Below, one piece after another: positions 1 through 8,525 of a stretch of DNA of 60,167 nt. The DNA comes from Patescibacteria group bacterium UBA6532 (GTDB lineage: Bacteria; Patescibacteriota; Minisyncoccia; Minisyncoccales; UBA6532). The translations under genes were made by a program, and so were the position numbers. Under the pieces are notes generated by a model. The model saw only the letters and a list, made by a program, of their open reading frames with translations. It had not been told where the DNA came from and did no database searches. The stretch lies in NCBI GenBank assembly GCA_002434805.1, contig DJKW01000001.1, positions 87,985-148,151 of the forward strand. The letters are read 5' to 3'. The first letter of the stretch is position 1; every line of letters begins with the position of its first letter.

Positions 1-1
1 G

Positions 2-76
2 CGGACTCGATGGGATTTGAACCCACGATCTCCTCCGTGACAGGGAGGCGTGTTAACCGGGCTACACCACGAGTCC
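2..76 (-). tRNA. tRNA-Asp (anticodon GTC)
   Basis: Reverse complement folds as a cloverleaf: acceptor GGACTCG/CGAGTCC, anticodon stem CCTCC/GGAGG with loop CTGTCAC, T-arm GTGGG-TTCAAAT-CCCAT. No encoded CCA. 3' end abuts the window edge. Confidence 0.9.
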
Positions 77-84
77 AAGCGCTA

Positions 85-157
85 TGCCGACGGCGGGATT
101 CGAACCTGCGACCTTGGCCTTATGAAGGCCCTGCTCTAACCACTGAGCTACGCCGGC
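85..157 (-). tRNA. tRNA-Met (anticodon CAT), elongator-like
   Basis: Reverse complement: acceptor GCCGGCG/CGTCGGC, D-arm TAGCTCAGTGGTTAGAGC, anticodon loop TTCATAA, T-arm GCAGG-TTCGAAT-CCCGC with an A:C mismatch as I recall for E. coli elongator tRNA-Met. G1:C72 is paired. Ile2 (lysidine) identity cannot be excluded. Confidence 0.85.
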
Positions 158-164
158 AGAAGTG

Positions 165-235
165 TTGCGCCGCCTCGAATTGCACGAGGGTCTCCAGCTT
201 ATGAGACTGGCGAGGTACTACTCCTCCACGGCGCT
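165..235 (-). tRNA. Atypical tRNA with CAT anticodon (initiator-like acceptor and D-stem features)
   Basis: Reverse complement: A-GCGCCG TG GAGG AGTAGTA CCTC G CCAGT CTCATAA GCTGG AGAC CCTCG TGCAATT CGAGG CGGCGC-A-A. Cloverleaf is possible, with an A1/A72 mismatch and A11:T24. The D-loop lacks GG and the T-loop is TGCAATT rather than TTCRAnn. Confidence 0.55.
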
Positions 236-259
236 GTAAATATATAATTACTTTAAACT

Positions 260-268
260 ATTTTACCA
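260..268 (-). promoter_or_regulatory. Candidate extended -10 promoter (TGGTAAAAT) for the tRNA cluster
   Basis: Minus strand reads TGGTAAAAT about 25 nt upstream of the first tRNA 5' end. No good -35 element. Confidence 0.3.
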
Positions 269-297
269 ACAAAATCAAGCTTTAAAAAGAGATGTTT

Positions 298-867
298 TTA
301 AAGGGCTTCCAAGCTTTTCAAAGCCACCTTGTAAATTTCTAAGATTTTTTTGGCTTCGTCTAAAGAAAGCTTGTAGTCGGGATCGTGAACAATATTATTT
401 CGAGTCTTGTGGGCCTCTAAAAGCTCATCGATGTTAGAAATAGTGGCTGAAGTAATCTTTTCCAGCTTTTCTCCCAGAGTTTGCCCGGCATAACCAATTT
501 TCTTTAAAAGATCGTTTAAAATATTATCTGCCTCAATTACGGCCAGCTTATACTCTGATTCGGAAGCCCCCTCCATTTTCTTTTCAATCTTGGACCAAAC
601 TTTAACTAGTCTCTTAACTCCATAGGGTTTGTAAGTAAAGAATTCCACAAAATCCTCATATATTGTAAGTCTTAACCATCTGGTTTTAAGCAAAGTAAAG
701 GTAACGAAGAAAAGGGAGCCCAAGAAAATCCCTATAAATACAATTCTCAATGGAAAAAGTAATTCCTGGGTCTCGCCGGAAAGAAGGTGAAACATCAGCA
801 AATTCATTAAACCCCCGGAAGAATCAATATATGAATTAATATTTAAAATAAATTCTTCAATAGTCAT
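298..867 (-). CDS. Membrane-anchored hypothetical protein with HEPN-like R-x4-H motif
   Basis: 189-aa ORF starting 3 nt after the gatA stop. Hydrophobic helix LFPLRIVFIGIFLGSLFFVTFTLL. C-terminal helical domain contains AHKTRNNIVHD (R-x4-H). Confidence 0.6.
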   Translation of the reverse strand: MTIEEFILNINSYIDSSGGLMNLLMFHLLSGETQELLFPLRIVFIGIFLGSLFFVTFTLLKTRWLRLTIYEDFVEFFTYKPYGVKRLVKVWSKIEKKMEGASESEYKLAVIEADNILNDLLKKIGYAGQTLGEKLEKITSATISNIDELLEAHKTRNNIVHDPDYKLSLDEAKKILEIYKVALKSLEAL

Positions 868-869
868 TT

Positions 870-2273
870 TTATTCAAGGATTTCTCCCGCTTTAAAAATA
901 TTATTCTCATTAAATGGTTTGCTAATAAGCTGGACGCCAACCGGTAAGTTATTCACCTTACCGGCCGGAAGAGAAAGGGCGGGCAAGCCGGCTAAATTAA
1001 CTGAAACGGTAAAAATGTCTGAAAGATACATAGTTAAGGGATCTGTAGATTTTTCTCCAAGCTTGAAAGCAATGGTCGGTGAAACTGGAGTTAAAATAAC
1101 ATCTACTTTTTGGAAGGCCTTATTAAAATCCTCTTGAATTAAAGTTCTCACTTTCTGAGCTCTTAGATAATAAGATTCGTAATAACCGGAAGACAAAGTA
1201 TAAGTCCCCAGCATAATTCGACGCCTTACCTCATCTCCCAATCCCTCTTCTCTTGATTTTAAATAAACATTTAAGAGATCGCCTGGTTTTTTACTTAAAT
1301 ATCCATACCTTATCCCGTCATATCTTGCCATGTTGGCTGAAACTTCAGAAGGCATAATAATATAGTAAGTTGCCAGTCCGTATTCTGTATGAGGCAGGCT
1401 GATTTCTTGGATTTTAGCTCCCGCCTTCCTAATCTTTTCAATTTTCGCCTCTACAACCTTTTTCACCTCTTTATTCATCCCCTTGAGAAAATATTCTTTG
1501 GGAATACCAATTTTTAATTTTTTTATATTTGGCTTCTTGGATTTAAATTCCAAGCTGGTAGAATCCATCGGGTCCTTCCCGGAAATAGCCTCAAAAACAA
1601 TTTTGGTATCTTCTATTGTTTTGGTTATGGGCCCGATTTGATCTAGAGAGGAAGCCATGGCAATTAACCCGTATCTGGAAACCGCTCCATAAGTTGGCTT
1701 AAAACCGACGACTCCGCAAAAGGAAGCTGGCAGCCTAATAGATCCTCCAGTATCAGCTCCTAAAGCAAAGACAGAGATATTAGCTGATACTGCCGCTGCA
1801 GATCCCGAAGAAGATCCTCCGGGCACCCGTTTTAAATCAAGCGGATTTTTCGTGGGACCAAAAGCTGAATTCTCGCCAGAAGACCCCATGGCAAACTCAT
1901 CTAAATTAGTTTTTCCCAAAATTACGGCTCCTTCTTCTTTAATCTTCTTTACTACCGTAGCGTCATAAGGGGCAATGTAATTTTCAAGGGTTTTAGATCC
2001 GGCCGTACACCTGACATCTTTAACTAAAATATTATCTTTTATAGCCATAGGGACTCCAGCCAGCTTCCCTATTTTTTTCCCTTGAGAAATCAGATCATCA
2101 ACTTTTTTTGCCTGAGAAAGGGCAAGATCTCCGGTAACCGTGATAAAGGAAGAAATCTTTTTGTCTGATTTTTCAATTCGATCTAAAAAAGTCTTGGTTA
2201 ACTCCAATGCCGAGAATTTCTTTTTAACTAATCCGAGATGAACTTGGCTTATGGTAAGTTCCTCTAATTCCAT
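870..2273 (-). CDS. gatA: Glu/Asp-tRNA amidotransferase subunit A
   Basis: Amidase signature GGSSSGSAAAV and G/S-rich region. 467 aa. Starts 2 nt after gatC. Confidence 0.95.
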   Translation of the reverse strand: MELEELTISQVHLGLVKKKFSALELTKTFLDRIEKSDKKISSFITVTGDLALSQAKKVDDLISQGKKIGKLAGVPMAIKDNILVKDVRCTAGSKTLENYIAPYDATVVKKIKEEGAVILGKTNLDEFAMGSSGENSAFGPTKNPLDLKRVPGGSSSGSAAAVSANISVFALGADTGGSIRLPASFCGVVGFKPTYGAVSRYGLIAMASSLDQIGPITKTIEDTKIVFEAISGKDPMDSTSLEFKSKKPNIKKLKIGIPKEYFLKGMNKEVKKVVEAKIEKIRKAGAKIQEISLPHTEYGLATYYIIMPSEVSANMARYDGIRYGYLSKKPGDLLNVYLKSREEGLGDEVRRRIMLGTYTLSSGYYESYYLRAQKVRTLIQEDFNKAFQKVDVILTPVSPTIAFKLGEKSTDPLTMYLSDIFTVSVNLAGLPALSLPAGKVNNLPVGVQLISKPFNENNIFKAGEILE

Positions 2274-2274
2274 A

Positions 2275-2562
2275 CTAAAGCACTGCTTTAACTTTTATAT
2301 ATCTCTCACGCCTTTCCGGCGCCATCTCAATTATTCTTTTCACTGTCTTTAAATCTTCTTTTTTAGCCAGATCCTTTCTTGTCACATTCTTTACTAGAAT
2401 TGAATGGCTGGTTGCTTTGGTTTTTGAAATATCAACTTCTTTTAATTTAACTACATAATCTAAAACAGAAGAAAGCTCTTTTTGGAACTTTTTAATTTCA
2501 GATTGGCTTAATCCAAGTCTGGCAAGTTTTGCGATGTGTTCCACTTCTTTTTTTGAAATCAT
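2275..2562 (-). CDS. gatC: Glu/Asp-tRNA amidotransferase subunit C
   Basis: 95 aa with GatC-like N-terminus (EVEHIAKLARLGLSQSE), immediately upstream of gatA. Confidence 0.9.
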   Translation of the reverse strand: MISKKEVEHIAKLARLGLSQSEIKKFQKELSSVLDYVVKLKEVDISKTKATSHSILVKNVTRKDLAKKEDLKTVKRIIEMAPERRERYIKVKAVL

Positions 2563-2566
2563 ATGA

Positions 2567-3616
2567 TTATCTAGGAGGTTCCAACTCCTCTGTATCAGCT
2601 AAAACGTCTCTTAATTCATCTAAATTCTCTAAAACCATTCCAGCTCCCCGAGCTACAGCTGTTAAAGGGTCTTCAATGATTTTAGTTGGAATCTTCGTTT
2701 CTTTGGTAACTAAGTCGCTAAACCCCTTAAGAAGACTTCCTCCTCCAACAAGGTATATTCCTTTTACCATGATATCAGCCAGTAATTCAGGAGGAGTTTC
2801 TTCAATGGTAGTTTTTATCGTTTGGACCATTTGTCTGACTGATTTTTCTAAAGCTCTTCTGATATCCTGGTCAGAAACCATAATCTCCTCTGGAAGACCA
2901 GTAACCAGGTTTCTTCCCCGAAGAGGCATTTCTCTTTTTTCCTTTAAGGGGGAGGCGGAACCAATGCCGATTTTAATTTCTTCGGCCATTCTTTCTCCGA
3001 TTAAAAGCTTGTATTCTTCTCGAGCAAAATTAACAATATCCTCGTTAAGCTTATCGCCGGCAATCCTTAAAGATTTAGCTAAAACCAATCCGCCCAAAGA
3101 GATTACTGCTACCTGGGTCGTTCCTCCGCCAATATCGATAATAAAGTTTCCGCCGGCTTCTTGAACTGGCAAACGGGCGCCAATGGCAGCGGCCATGGGC
3201 TGCTCAATCAGATAAACTTCTCTGGCTCCGGCACTCTTGGTTGCGTCCTCAACGGCCTTTTTCTCTACTTCGGTTACTCCGTAAGGTATTCCAATAATGA
3301 CACGGGGCCTTGGAGAAATAAGGAATCTCTGACGGTGAACCTTTTCAATAAAATACCTGAGCATGTGCTCGGTTACCTCAAAATCAGAAATTACCCCCTT
3401 GATCAGAGGCCTGGTGGCGATAATATGGGCCGGAGTCCGACCGACCATTTTTTTTGCTTCGTTTCCAATTGCCAATATTTGGCCGGTTTTTTTATTCACG
3501 GCCACTACCGAGGGTTCAAAAATAACAATTCCCTGTCCCCTAACATAAACCAGGGTAGTAGCTGTACCCAAATCAATAGCAATATCTTTGGAAAAATAAG
3601 AGAAAGGATTAAACAT
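2567..3616 (-). CDS. mreB: Rod-shape protein MreB (paralog 1)
   Basis: Actin-fold motifs IAIDLGTATT, IIDIGGGTTQVAV, GIYLVGGGSLL. 349 aa. Confidence 0.92.
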   Translation of the reverse strand: MFNPFSYFSKDIAIDLGTATTLVYVRGQGIVIFEPSVVAVNKKTGQILAIGNEAKKMVGRTPAHIIATRPLIKGVISDFEVTEHMLRYFIEKVHRQRFLISPRPRVIIGIPYGVTEVEKKAVEDATKSAGAREVYLIEQPMAAAIGARLPVQEAGGNFIIDIGGGTTQVAVISLGGLVLAKSLRIAGDKLNEDIVNFAREEYKLLIGERMAEEIKIGIGSASPLKEKREMPLRGRNLVTGLPEEIMVSDQDIRRALEKSVRQMVQTIKTTIEETPPELLADIMVKGIYLVGGGSLLKGFSDLVTKETKIPTKIIEDPLTAVARGAGMVLENLDELRDVLADTEELEPPR

Positions 3617-3618
3617 GA

Positions 3619-4872
3619 TTATTTAGATTTTAAAAATAAAAGCAGTTCTTTCTTTTTAATAAACCTGGCTTCCTTCTCGCTTCTTTTTTTTAGCTCAATA
3701 CTGTCTTTAGCCAGAGTTTTTTCGCTAACAACCAAGCGTATTGGTATTCCTATTAAGTCAGCTTCAACCAGCTTTTCCCCTGTAGATTTGCCAATCCTAT
3801 CATCATATAATACTTCCAATCCTTCTTTTTGTAAATTCTCGTATAAGCTCTCAGCCTCTTTTTTCACTTTAGAGTTTTGGCTTTTAGCTAAGATTAAATG
3901 AATCTGGTACGGAGCGATTCTTTCTGGCCAGATAATACCCTTTTTGTCGTTATTAACCTCAGCTGCAGCTCCCATAAGGCGGCTTGGGCCCAAACCGTAA
4001 GATCCCATAATAATTAACTTCTTTTTACCGTCTTTGTCAATAAAGTAAGCCCCCATGGCTTTGGAATACTTGGTTCCAAGCGGAAAAATATTAGCAACTT
4101 CAATTGACTTTCCCTCTTTTAAAATACTTTTGCACTTTTTGCACTTTTGGCCGGCCTTCAGTTTAGTAATTTCCTTATTTTGGGAAAAATCTTTTTTGGG
4201 GCAGAAGATTATCGTATCCTCACCATTATCTGCTAAAACCTGAAATTCATGAGTGTATTCTTTAGTAAATCCCGCTCCCGAGGCTTCGGTAATAATGGCG
4301 TTTAAACCGAACTTCTTTATTATTTTCAGGTAAGATTTTTTAACAGTCTCATAATATTTCTTAAAGTCTTTTTCGCTGGCATGAAAGCTGTATAAATCCT
4401 TCATTCCAAACTCTCTTCCCCGCAATAAACCAGACTTTGCTCGAAGCTCTTTTCTAAACTTAGTCTGAATTTGATACAGATAAAGAGGCAAGTCCTCTGA
4501 AGATTGAATAAATTTCCTGGCAATATCGGTAATCATTTCCTCGTGAGTGGAACCAAGACCGACTTCTTTCCCTACTCCCTGGCATTTATACATTATTTCC
4601 CCCACCCCTTTTGACCATCTTCCTGTTTTGATCCACAAGTCTTTGGGCTGGAGAACTGACATAAATATTTCCTGCCCGCCGATTTTATTCATTTCTTCTC
4701 TTATAGTCTCTTCAATTTTTCTCAAAACTATCAAGCCCAAAGGAAGATAACTCCAGACTCCGGACATTTCTTTGTGAATAAAACCAGCCCTAATCAAAAG
4801 CTTGGCATTAAGGCTTTCTTCGTCTTTCGGAGCCTCTCTAAAAGTTTTATAAAAAAGTTGAGATTGGCGCAT
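3619..4872 (-). CDS. proS: Prolyl-tRNA synthetase, bacterial type without INS editing domain
   Basis: N-terminus MRQSQLFYKTFREAPKDEE resembles E. coli ProRS as I recall it. Class II motifs present. Start moved to the ATG at 4872, just after the rseP stop, rather than the track start at 4893. Confidence 0.9.
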   Translation of the reverse strand: MRQSQLFYKTFREAPKDEESLNAKLLIRAGFIHKEMSGVWSYLPLGLIVLRKIEETIREEMNKIGGQEIFMSVLQPKDLWIKTGRWSKGVGEIMYKCQGVGKEVGLGSTHEEMITDIARKFIQSSEDLPLYLYQIQTKFRKELRAKSGLLRGREFGMKDLYSFHASEKDFKKYYETVKKSYLKIIKKFGLNAIITEASGAGFTKEYTHEFQVLADNGEDTIIFCPKKDFSQNKEITKLKAGQKCKKCKSILKEGKSIEVANIFPLGTKYSKAMGAYFIDKDGKKKLIIMGSYGLGPSRLMGAAAEVNNDKKGIIWPERIAPYQIHLILAKSQNSKVKKEAESLYENLQKEGLEVLYDDRIGKSTGEKLVEADLIGIPIRLVVSEKTLAKDSIELKKRSEKEARFIKKKELLLFLKSK

Positions 4873-4873
4873 A

Positions 4874-5902
4874 TTAGAAGATATGAATGACATCTTGAAT
4901 TGTCACCCAAATCATTAAGGCGATTAATATAAAGAAAAATAAGGCATTAACATTTTGTTCAATTTTTCTATCAAAAGGCTTTCCTCTTAAAGCTTCAATG
5001 CCTAAAAAGAGAAGCCTTCCTCCGTCTACTACGGGAATTGGCAAAATATTAAACAGGGCAATATAAATGGATATCAAAGCCAAGAAGAGTAAGAAATAAC
5101 TGCTTCCCAATTCTGCTACCTGGGTAAACATATCAAAAATCCCTATTGGACCCATTAATCTCGCTCCAGACGGCTTTCCCTGAGTAATATTAGAAAGAGC
5201 CAGATACCATCCTTCCATTGCACTAAAGGTAAACTCGGCTGTTCTTAAAAATCCTCTGTAGGGAGCTTGATATAAGGGATAATTCCTCTGGCTTGCTGCA
5301 TATCCCAAGGCAATTCCTAAAGCTCCTTCCTGGGGAGGCGGAGAAAGACGGGGTCTAGCTAAAATACTTACTCTCTCTTCTCCCCTCTGGACAACCAGGG
5401 TAATTTCTTCTCCTCTGTTTTCGTTTATTCTTAATTGAACGTCCTTAATTGTAAATAAAGGATATCCAACGCCGTCAATAATAATTTCCTCCATCACATC
5501 TCCAGTTATAAGGCCCGATAGATCAGCCGGGGAGCCGTCTTGGACGGCTATAATGCCAACGCCGGTAGGAATAAAAGAAAGTATTAAAAAAGAGATTATC
5601 CAGAAAGTAAGAACCCCTCCAATGAGAATTAAGGCCCTTTGCCAAATTGGCTTGCTGGTAAAGCTTCTAGGGTCTTTAGCGTCTTCTTCTTCGCCATGAA
5701 TACGAACGAAAGCGCCAAAGGGCAAAAGATTTAAAGAATACAAAGTTTCGCCAATCTTTTTTCCGATAATCCTTGGAGGGTAACCAATACCAAACTCTTC
5801 TACCTTAACGCCAAAACGCTTAGCTAAAATAAAATGGCCGAATTCATGAAGAACAAGGAGGCCGATTAAACTAATAAAAGCAATGATGATTACTAAAACC
5901 AT
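4874..5902 (-). CDS. rseP: RseP-type site-2 metalloprotease (M50) with PDZ domain
   Basis: HEFGHF zinc motif in the first TM helix, central PDZ-like segment, NILPIPVVDGG motif. Confidence 0.9.
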   Translation of the reverse strand: MVLVIIIAFISLIGLLVLHEFGHFILAKRFGVKVEEFGIGYPPRIIGKKIGETLYSLNLLPFGAFVRIHGEEEDAKDPRSFTSKPIWQRALILIGGVLTFWIISFLILSFIPTGVGIIAVQDGSPADLSGLITGDVMEEIIIDGVGYPLFTIKDVQLRINENRGEEITLVVQRGEERVSILARPRLSPPPQEGALGIALGYAASQRNYPLYQAPYRGFLRTAEFTFSAMEGWYLALSNITQGKPSGARLMGPIGIFDMFTQVAELGSSYFLLFLALISIYIALFNILPIPVVDGGRLLFLGIEALRGKPFDRKIEQNVNALFFFILIALMIWVTIQDVIHIF

Positions 5903-5906
5903 ATAT

Positions 5907-6464
5907 CTACTCTAAAATATCTTTTTTCTTCCTTTCTCCGATCTCGTCAATCTTCTTATTGTATTCATCCATTAACTCTTGGAGCTTGTCTTTAGCTCGG
6001 AACTTATCATCTTCTCTTATTTCTCCATCTCTAGATTTCTCTTGAACCTCTTTCCAGACATCTTCCCTCCACCGCCTAATGGTCTTGCGGGTTTCTTCTT
6101 GTTTTTCAGACAAAACCCGGAGCAAGTTCTTGCGGAACTCTTCGGTTAAAGAAGGAAAGCTTACCCTGATTACTTCTTTGTCGACTATGGGAGATCCTCC
6201 GACAGCTGACTTTAAAATAGCTTTTTCAATCGGCTCAATATATGACTTATCCCAGGGCTGGACAAGAAGTTCTCTGGGGCCCAAAGCGCTTATTGCCACC
6301 AATTGTTTTAAAGGAAGCTTTTTACCAAAAAGATCAACTACAATATCTTCCAGCAAAGAAGGGGAAGCCCGGCCTGTTCGAAGCTTCGTTAATTCCCCCT
6401 CAAAAAAAGCAATAGCTTTGTCTAATTCTGGCTTAATTTTATCAACAATTTCTTTGTATTCCAT
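5907..6464 (-). CDS. frr: Ribosome recycling factor
   Basis: 185 aa with typical RRF sequence (LTKLRTGRASPSLLEDIVV, and a C-terminal basic/acidic coiled region). Confidence 0.95.
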   Translation of the reverse strand: MEYKEIVDKIKPELDKAIAFFEGELTKLRTGRASPSLLEDIVVDLFGKKLPLKQLVAISALGPRELLVQPWDKSYIEPIEKAILKSAVGGSPIVDKEVIRVSFPSLTEEFRKNLLRVLSEKQEETRKTIRRWREDVWKEVQEKSRDGEIREDDKFRAKDKLQELMDEYNKKIDEIGERKKKDILE

Positions 6465-6514
6465 ATAAATTCTGATTTAAATATAGCAAAATCTAACCCC
6501 TCTGTCGAGAAAAG

Positions 6515-6544
6515 AAAAAACCCGGCTAGATAAATTAAGCCAGG
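6515..6544 (-). terminator. Intrinsic terminator after holB
   Basis: Minus strand reads CCUGGCU-UAAUUUAUCU-AGCCGGG followed by UUUUUUCUUU, 16 nt after the holB stop. Confidence 0.6.
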
Positions 6545-6560
6545 TTTGATTTTATTACAA

Positions 6561-7508
6561 TCACAACTCAAGCATTAGGATTTCCAGAGCTAGTTTTGGA
6601 TTAACATTAGTGGTGGAAACTAAGAAACTAGTAGATTGGATCAATTTTAAGATTTCTTTTAATTTAGATACTGAATAACTGGGTAACGATTTAACATTGC
6701 TATCGCCATGATATGTCGTCTCTTTTATTTTAAGTAATAAAACTCCCCTAAAATACCTCAACCAAATCTCTAGTATTTCTTTTAAATTTTGTGGCTGGCC
6801 GGCCATCTTTTTTGCATATTGAAACTTAAAATTCAAGTTAGCTTTAACTAATTTAGAAATTTCCTTAATGGTTTTCTCTTGAAATTCTTTTTTTGAAGGA
6901 TCTCTTAGAAAATCTATTGCCCGGCCCGGTTTTCCCCAAGAAAGATGCGATATTATTTCCAAATCTTTCTTTGAAGCTTTTTGGCTCTTGAGATATTTTT
7001 CAATTTCTGGTTTTGGAACCGGGAAAAACTTAATTTTTTCCACCCGAGAAATAATGGTGGGAAATAACATTTCCGGGTGCTCGGTAACTAAAATCAAAAT
7101 GGTTTTTCCTTTAGGCTCTTCTAAAATCTTTAAGACCGAATTCTGGGATTGCTTGTTTAACAGATGGGCTCTGTCAATAATAACTGCTTTATACTGAGCT
7201 ATTTGGGATTTTAAACTTAAAAAGGATCTGAGCTTTCTGATCTGGGAAATTTGAATATCTTTTTCTATGGGTTCAATGAAAAAGAAATCGGGATGAATCC
7301 CCTTTTTAAAACTTTGGCAATTTTGACAATCCAGACAGGGTCTAATGGAAAAATCCTTTTTTTCACAGTTAATTAGCTTAATTAATTCTAAGGCAAAAGT
7401 TCTCTTTCCGAGCTGAGAAGGTCCTAGAAATAAAAAAGCGTGGGGAATTTTCCCCAATTCAGCTGTCTTCTTTAAAAACTGCCACTGCTTTTTGTGACCA
7501 ATGATCAT
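6561..7508 (-). CDS. holB: DNA polymerase III delta-prime subunit
   Basis: AAA+ clamp-loader fold: GPSQLGKRT, zinc module CLDCQNC, ISRVEKIKF sensor. Overlaps the mreB2 stop by 4 nt. Confidence 0.85.
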   Translation of the reverse strand: MIIGHKKQWQFLKKTAELGKIPHAFLFLGPSQLGKRTFALELIKLINCEKKDFSIRPCLDCQNCQSFKKGIHPDFFFIEPIEKDIQISQIRKLRSFLSLKSQIAQYKAVIIDRAHLLNKQSQNSVLKILEEPKGKTILILVTEHPEMLFPTIISRVEKIKFFPVPKPEIEKYLKSQKASKKDLEIISHLSWGKPGRAIDFLRDPSKKEFQEKTIKEISKLVKANLNFKFQYAKKMAGQPQNLKEILEIWLRYFRGVLLLKIKETTYHGDSNVKSLPSYSVSKLKEILKLIQSTSFLVSTTNVNPKLALEILMLEL

Positions 7509-8515
7509 TTTTTCGACATTATGCTCTTTTTATAGACTTCCAAGTTGTCTAGAACCACTCCGGTTCCCCTGGCTACACAAAGCAAAGGTTCTTCTGCAAC
7601 AAAACAAGGAACACCGGTAGATTGGGAAATTAACTCGTCAAGATTTCTCAATAAAGCTCCCCCGCCAGAAAGAACCATGCCCTTGTCCATTATATCAGCT
7701 GAAAGCTCCGGCGGAGTATCTCTTAAAACCTGTTTTATTGCCTGGATAATTTCAGTTAAAGATTCGGAAATTGAAGAACTGACTTCGTTAGAAGAAACCT
7801 TAATATTCCGCGGAAGACCAAGAATTAAATCTCGGCCCCTAATTTCAAATGAACGAGGCTCTTTCTCTGGTAAAGCAGTGCCAATCTTTATTTTAATTTC
7901 TTCGGCCGTCTGATCGCCAACCGCTAAATTGTATTTTTCTTTAATAAAATCAGAAATAGATATATTCATTTTATCTCCTCCCACTCTTAGAGAACTGGAG
8001 GTGACAATACCGCCAAGGGAAATAACTGCCACTTCAGTCGTTCCTCCGCCAATATCAACAATCAAGTTCCCGGAACATTCATTAATGGGAATACCGGCCC
8101 CAATGGCAGATAAAATGGATTCTTTAGCTACAAAGGCCTCCTTGGCTCCAGCTCCCATAGCCGCCTCAATAACTGCTCTTCTTTCAGTTGAGGTTATGCC
8201 ACCGGGAACAGCAATCATTAACTCTGGCTTTAAAAACCTTATAAGGGGACTGGAAACCTTGCTGATAAAATACCTTATCATTGCCTGGGTTACCCTAAAA
8301 TCAGCAATAACTCCGTCTTTAAGAGGCCTGTAGACTCTAATGGTGTCTGGAGTCCGGCCGATCATTTCTTTAGCCTCTTCTCCAACGGCTAAAATCCTGT
8401 TTTCATTTAAAGAAACAGCAACTACCGATGGTTCTTGCAAAACTACTCCCTTTCCAGGAACGAAAACCAAAGAATTGCAAGTACCGAGATCAATGCCGAT
8501 TTTTCTAATAATCAT
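7505..8515 (-). CDS. mreB: MreB/Mbl-family actin homolog (paralog 2)
   Basis: IGIDLGTCNS, IVDIGGGTTEVAV, MVLSGGGALL. 336 aa. Confidence 0.9.
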   Translation of the reverse strand: MIIRKIGIDLGTCNSLVFVPGKGVVLQEPSVVAVSLNENRILAVGEEAKEMIGRTPDTIRVYRPLKDGVIADFRVTQAMIRYFISKVSSPLIRFLKPELMIAVPGGITSTERRAVIEAAMGAGAKEAFVAKESILSAIGAGIPINECSGNLIVDIGGGTTEVAVISLGGIVTSSSLRVGGDKMNISISDFIKEKYNLAVGDQTAEEIKIKIGTALPEKEPRSFEIRGRDLILGLPRNIKVSSNEVSSSISESLTEIIQAIKQVLRDTPPELSADIMDKGMVLSGGGALLRNLDELISQSTGVPCFVAEEPLLCVARGTGVVLDNLEVYKKSIMSKK

Positions 8516-8525
8516 ATTGAAAATT

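Noticed and set aside
2529-3901. Long plus-strand ORFs (211 and 246 aa) antisense to mreB and proS.
   Set aside because: They overlap confidently identified minus-strand genes across their whole length. Their composition is Ser/Pro/Ile-rich and typical of antisense frames in AT-rich genes, with no motifs.
4873-4893. Seven-codon N-terminal extension of proS overlapping rseP (track start at 4893).
   Set aside because: The ATG at 4872 gives the conserved ProRS N-terminus MRQSQLF and removes the 20-nt overlap, so the longer form was not adopted.
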